In this document: piece by piece, positions 59,900 to 64,000 of the stretch
Numbering within the stretch: position 1 is the first letter of the stretch
Layout: every line of letters begins with the position of its first letter
Source of the DNA: Eledone cirrhosa
Lineage: Eukaryota
Direction of reading: 5' to 3'
Length of the DNA: 64,000 nt
Assembly (NCBI GenBank): GCA_964016885.1
Contig: OZ024743.1
Span: 230,950,001-231,014,000 of the forward strand
Made by a program: the position numbers and the translations under genes
The notes under the pieces: model-generated
The model's database searches: none
What the model was told of the DNA's origin: nothing
The model's input: the letters and a program-made list of their open reading frames with translations, nothing else

Positions 59900-62800
59900 T
59901 AAAGAGAAATAACAACACAATCGGTACAGTATATGGAAGGGATATATTAGGTTAACGCTTGATATAGCAGGAAGTTTACATACATTTCAAAGCACGTGTA
60001 AAAACATATAACAAATCTAATTCAACAATCGGAGGCCTCAATAGGGAGGGGCGTTGATGTGGGTCGCACACTCCCCCGAAAAAATGTGCAACCCCACCTC
60101 CTCGGGAACACAAAGAGCGGGTGCTCCCTCCTCTCCTCCTTCTTCTCCTCTCTCACCTACAGGCTGATATAGAGAGAAGGCCCATTCACTCGGGCCATTC
60201 TCGCCACTTTCACCCACCTTTCATAAAACTTGCTGGGGTAGAGAACCTCTCTCTCCATTCTGATCCTTCTTCTAAAATGGTACTTGAAAAAAAGGACCAG
60301 TTGTTGGCCGGAGAGAAAAGTGTCTGACCTCAGCCCTTTCAACCTCGTCCACAATACAACCTCTTTCGCCATAGTTATCACACAGAGAAAAACCGGCTCT
60401 CCTTCGATTTTGAAGGGGGGAGGCGGTTTGATCGTGACAATGTACTTGGTGGTCAACCGGATTGGTCCCACCCGCGACAGTTATCGTTCCACATAGCCCC
60501 ACAGGTCAACAACGCCCGGGCAGTGTAGGAATGCGTGCGCGACGGTTTCCTCGTCACGCACGCATCTCGGACAGATCTTCGAGGTCTCCCTACCCGGGCG
60601 CCCGTGTCTGTAGAGCTTGTCCCGAACAGGTAGAGCTCCTCGGTAGCACTGCCAAACCAGGGACTTTTGGAAGTTGTCGATCGATCCCGGGCCAAACGTC
60701 CTACCGAACAGAATGGTTAGCTCGTCTTGCTCTATGGCCAGAGCCTCTCCGAGAGCGTCGTTGCACATGGGGCGCACCAACCCCTCTATAGAATGTTGAG
60801 GTTGAGTATCCACTGATTGCCGGATCCACTTGCCAGAGGGCCGCGAGCACCTGGGCACATTCAATGTGACAGTCGCCCACTTTTCTCGGTCTTTGCTTGA
60901 GCCAGGTATGCAGCTCGGTGAGTGAGACGAGTCTCGGAAAGGCTCGCCTCACAAAAGGGGCCCACACCGGCTGACCGGTGAGGAATACCTGGAGGTGCCG
61001 TAGCCTTAATGCGTGTATACGCATCGTCAGCCACGGTATACCCAGCCCTCCGTTCGAAGGGTGTTGACAGCAGATGGATCTTCTCACCAAAGGAGCCCGC
61101 TTCTTCCAAAGGAATCGGAAGAGCGCGAGCTCCATTTTGGCGAGTGTTTTCGTTGAGCAAAGCACGACGGTCAAGCGGTAGTAGATGACTGACGCTATAT
61201 AAGTGTTTGCCACCTCCGCTCGATCTTTCAGGGATAGTTTGCACTACTCGGCCCACTTCTGGGCGAGTGCAAACACCCTACTCGTTACCTCGTCCCAGTT
61301 TTTCTCCATCTGGAGGTCTGGTCGAACCAGACCTCCAGATGGAGGTCCGGTCCGAACCAGACCCCGAGCAGCTTCACCGTTCCCTCCGTCCACCGTCCGA
61401 CGGCCTCGTCGGAGGGCATCGGTTTGGCTCTCCACGTTCCGTGTTGCAAACCGACGGACTTGTCCCTGTTCAGCTTGGCTCCTGTAAACCTTTCGTATTC
61501 CTCCAGTAAGGTGCCGATCTGCCCGATTTCCAAGACGCACGATACCATTACTGTCACGTCATCGGCGTAGACCGACACCGCTTTCCGCAATCCCGGTTCC
61601 AAGGGGATTCCCTGCAACAGCTCCAACTTCCGCAGTAGTCGCTCGAGAGCCAGCACATACAGCATGGAGAAGAGAGGTCATCCCTGTCGGATGGATTGCG
61701 CGATTTGGAACGTCTCCGAAAGGTAGCCGTTCGCATTGACCCTTGAGCAGGTGTTGCTGCGGTGCATTGCAGCAATCGAGCCCCTGAAAACGAGTCCGAA
61801 GCCTGCCGCCGCGAGCACCGCATTCAGGTCGACCCTATCAAAGGCCTTAGATTCATCCAAGTTGATCAGGGCCCCACCAAAGCATTCTGCATTTCTCCCA
61901 CCAGGTTCCCGACGACAAGCGCCAACCTCTTCGCTAACACCTTGGCCCAAAACTTTAACTCTGTGTTTAGCAGAGTTATGGGCCAGAAATTATCTATGTC
62001 ATCCCTCTTGTTTTCGTCCTTCCTCACCAGCGTGACAACGCCCTTGGTCACAGAACTGGGAATTCTCCCGTTCTGTTGCCAGTTGCAGTAGATCGCCTGG
62101 AGGATTTCGGAGAACAACTCCGGCATCGCTACATAAAGATCGTATGGTAGACCATCGAAACCGGGAGATTTGCGTTTGCCGCATAGGCTCAGCGCTTCCC
62201 CTAATTCATCGGCTGAAATCGGCCTTTCGCAGGACCCGCCTCCCCATCCGAGAGCCGCGGCAAACCGTCGAGGTATGGACCGAAGTTCATGTCCTCACCC
62301 GGCCCGCTACCCATCCCGAACAGTTGTGCAAAGCACCGTTGAAAGGCCGCGCACATCCTCTCTGGTTCAAGGATCACGCGTCCATCCTGGTCCTTCAAAG
62401 ACCGAATCGTGGACTTGTTTCCACTTTTTGCCCCTGTCACACGGGCCCAACTAACAGCTTTGACTCCCTCGTTACCCGGAGCACGTATTTTACTCCTGAC
62501 AACACAGCGCTCGTGCTTCACGTCAAAGAACTGGTCTAGAGCCGTTCTTGACGCCAGCACGCCGGCCACGTTGCCCCACCTAATCGCCTCTCCTAATCTA
62601 TCTATCAATTCCCTTTCAGTTCTATTCCTATCTGATGCTAATTCCTGACTAAAACCTATCGATTCTATTCTAAGTTGTCTCTTGAGAGAGCCCCACCACC
62701 TGCTATTGACAATTGCCCCCGTCAACCGCTGCTTAACTATAGTGCTAATCCGCTTACTGTAAGCTTTGTTTGTCGGTAAGGACAAGTTTAGTTTCGAGTA

Positions 62801-63900
62801 ACCGGGTCCTTGTATATGGGTTCTGTCAAGGTTGACCACTCCGTTCACCAACTTGTGATCCGAATAGTCAACCATGAACATTCGGGGATAGCTTAATATG
62901 TCCCTATCCTTTTTTCTAACTAGGAACCTATCTAGGTATGACTAGATGTTCCGCTCCGATTAGTCCACGTCCACAGTGGCACAGTCGAAAAACTAGTCGA
63001 TATTTATCTGCCAGATCAAATCGGCCGATTAACCGTTTGAGGCTGTTTCGCCCCCGTCTATCGGGACATGCCCCTACATAGTCCCAACGTGCATCAAGGA
63101 TACCATTCCAGTCCCCCACTAAAAGCAAGGAGCGAGACGTTCCCAGAAAAGTCTCTAGGCGTTGGAAGAAGTCCGATCGCGGTGTCCCAGATGGGGCATA
63201 CGCTGCCAGCAGCCTGAAGGCTCCACCTTCACTACTGCCTACGTCTAGAACCACCAGTCGACCTCCGGGTTCAGGTGTACCTTCCGTGTTTTCGCAACAG
63301 GACGACCACCCTGCACCCCCCCCCCCGCTGACAGAGAGATGCATAGATTTCAAAGTCGTCGAAGATGGGGGCCAGTTGGTGCTCGCTGCTGATCCTGGAC
63401 TCGCAAATAGCTACCACTTCCATTCTGTGCGACCTGATGTCATTTAAGAGTTTGCCCTGCTTCCAGGGCATCCCCAGGCCGCGCACATTTAAACATCCAA
63501 CTCTTATAACAGCCATGTTGGTGGTGAAGAGTTTAGAGTGTAGAAAAAGGAAAATACACCTACCTGTCCTTCTCCTGGGGACCAGGCTGCACAATTTCCC
63601 TGGGGGTGTCGGCGGGGTTGTTTTGTGGGGTGGTGGTTTGGGATGTTGTGGGGACATCAGTGGGTGGTGGGGTGGGGGTGTTTGGTGGGGGAGAGTCGTA
63701 TGAGGTGGTGGTGGGAAAACATTTCAAGCAGCTGCTACGTCTAGTACAGTTGTTCCCCACGTCCTCGGGAAAGTTCTGTTTGAGCATTGCGTAGGTGTCC
63801 CTTGGGACGCTAATCATTTTTAAATGCGGTTTAGTCGCCGCGTTGGTTAACATTTTCCCTTCGGTTTCCACCGAAGGGTCTTTATCTATTGTTTGCACAA
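59900..63900 (-). mobile_element. Tx1/L1-clade non-LTR retrotransposon, decayed; may continue beyond the window
   Basis: GC-rich block with a complete ORF2 trace, a probable ORF1 C-terminus upstream (63560-63898) and a 3' UTR ending at (TA)n near 59890. Confidence 0.85.
60157..63516 (-). pseudogene. LINE ORF2: AP endonuclease + RT + zf-RVT-like CCHC, several frameshifts
   Basis: GCLNVRG..CESR, YAPS, GDWN, SDHKLV; PITLLNTELK, LDESKAFDRV, SIRQG, YADDV; LPVRDKL..CPRC..ETVAHAFLHC. Confidence 0.9.
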
Positions 63901-64000
63901 GTGTTTTGTTGTTTGTGTTGATGTATGTATACTGTTTTTGTTGTGGTGTGTTTGTTTTTGTTTGTTGTTGTTGTGTGTGTTTGCGTTTTATAGTATTTGT

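Overview
AT-rich, microsatellite-saturated eukaryotic (animal) intergenic or intronic DNA. The SINE and microsatellite make-up resembles octopus genomes (inference only). No host gene is recognisable, and most ORFs in the track are translated (TA)n/(CA)n/(GA)n repeats. The window is dominated by Penelope-like retroelements (PLEs): (A) an intact RT + GIY-YIG element (ORF 16240-18381) with a 1.6-kb inverted terminal copy; (B) an older, decayed PLE (22301-24130) whose inverted arm is interrupted by A; (C) a 3'-truncated PLE (48955-50473, minus). Many solo or fold-back pLTR remnants also occur. These carry hammerhead ribozyme (HHR) motifs from at least six sequence-unrelated families, including an 80-bp tandem array in which each unit is essentially one HHR (31911-32150). 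The most unusual signal is a motif in three diverged copies (25735-25812 minus, 39484-39561 plus, 48648-48725 minus). It has all hammerhead core strands, but in a non-circularly permuted order (UH-stem I ... GAAA-stem III ... stem I-CUGAUGA), with pairing preserved across copies. Also present: a decayed Tx1/L1-clade LINE (59900-63900, minus), a CR1-like LINE fragment, mariner and pogo remnants, more than 10 tRNA-derived SINE copies and a GGT/GTT minisatellite. All RNA structures were folded by eye and none is experimentally shown.
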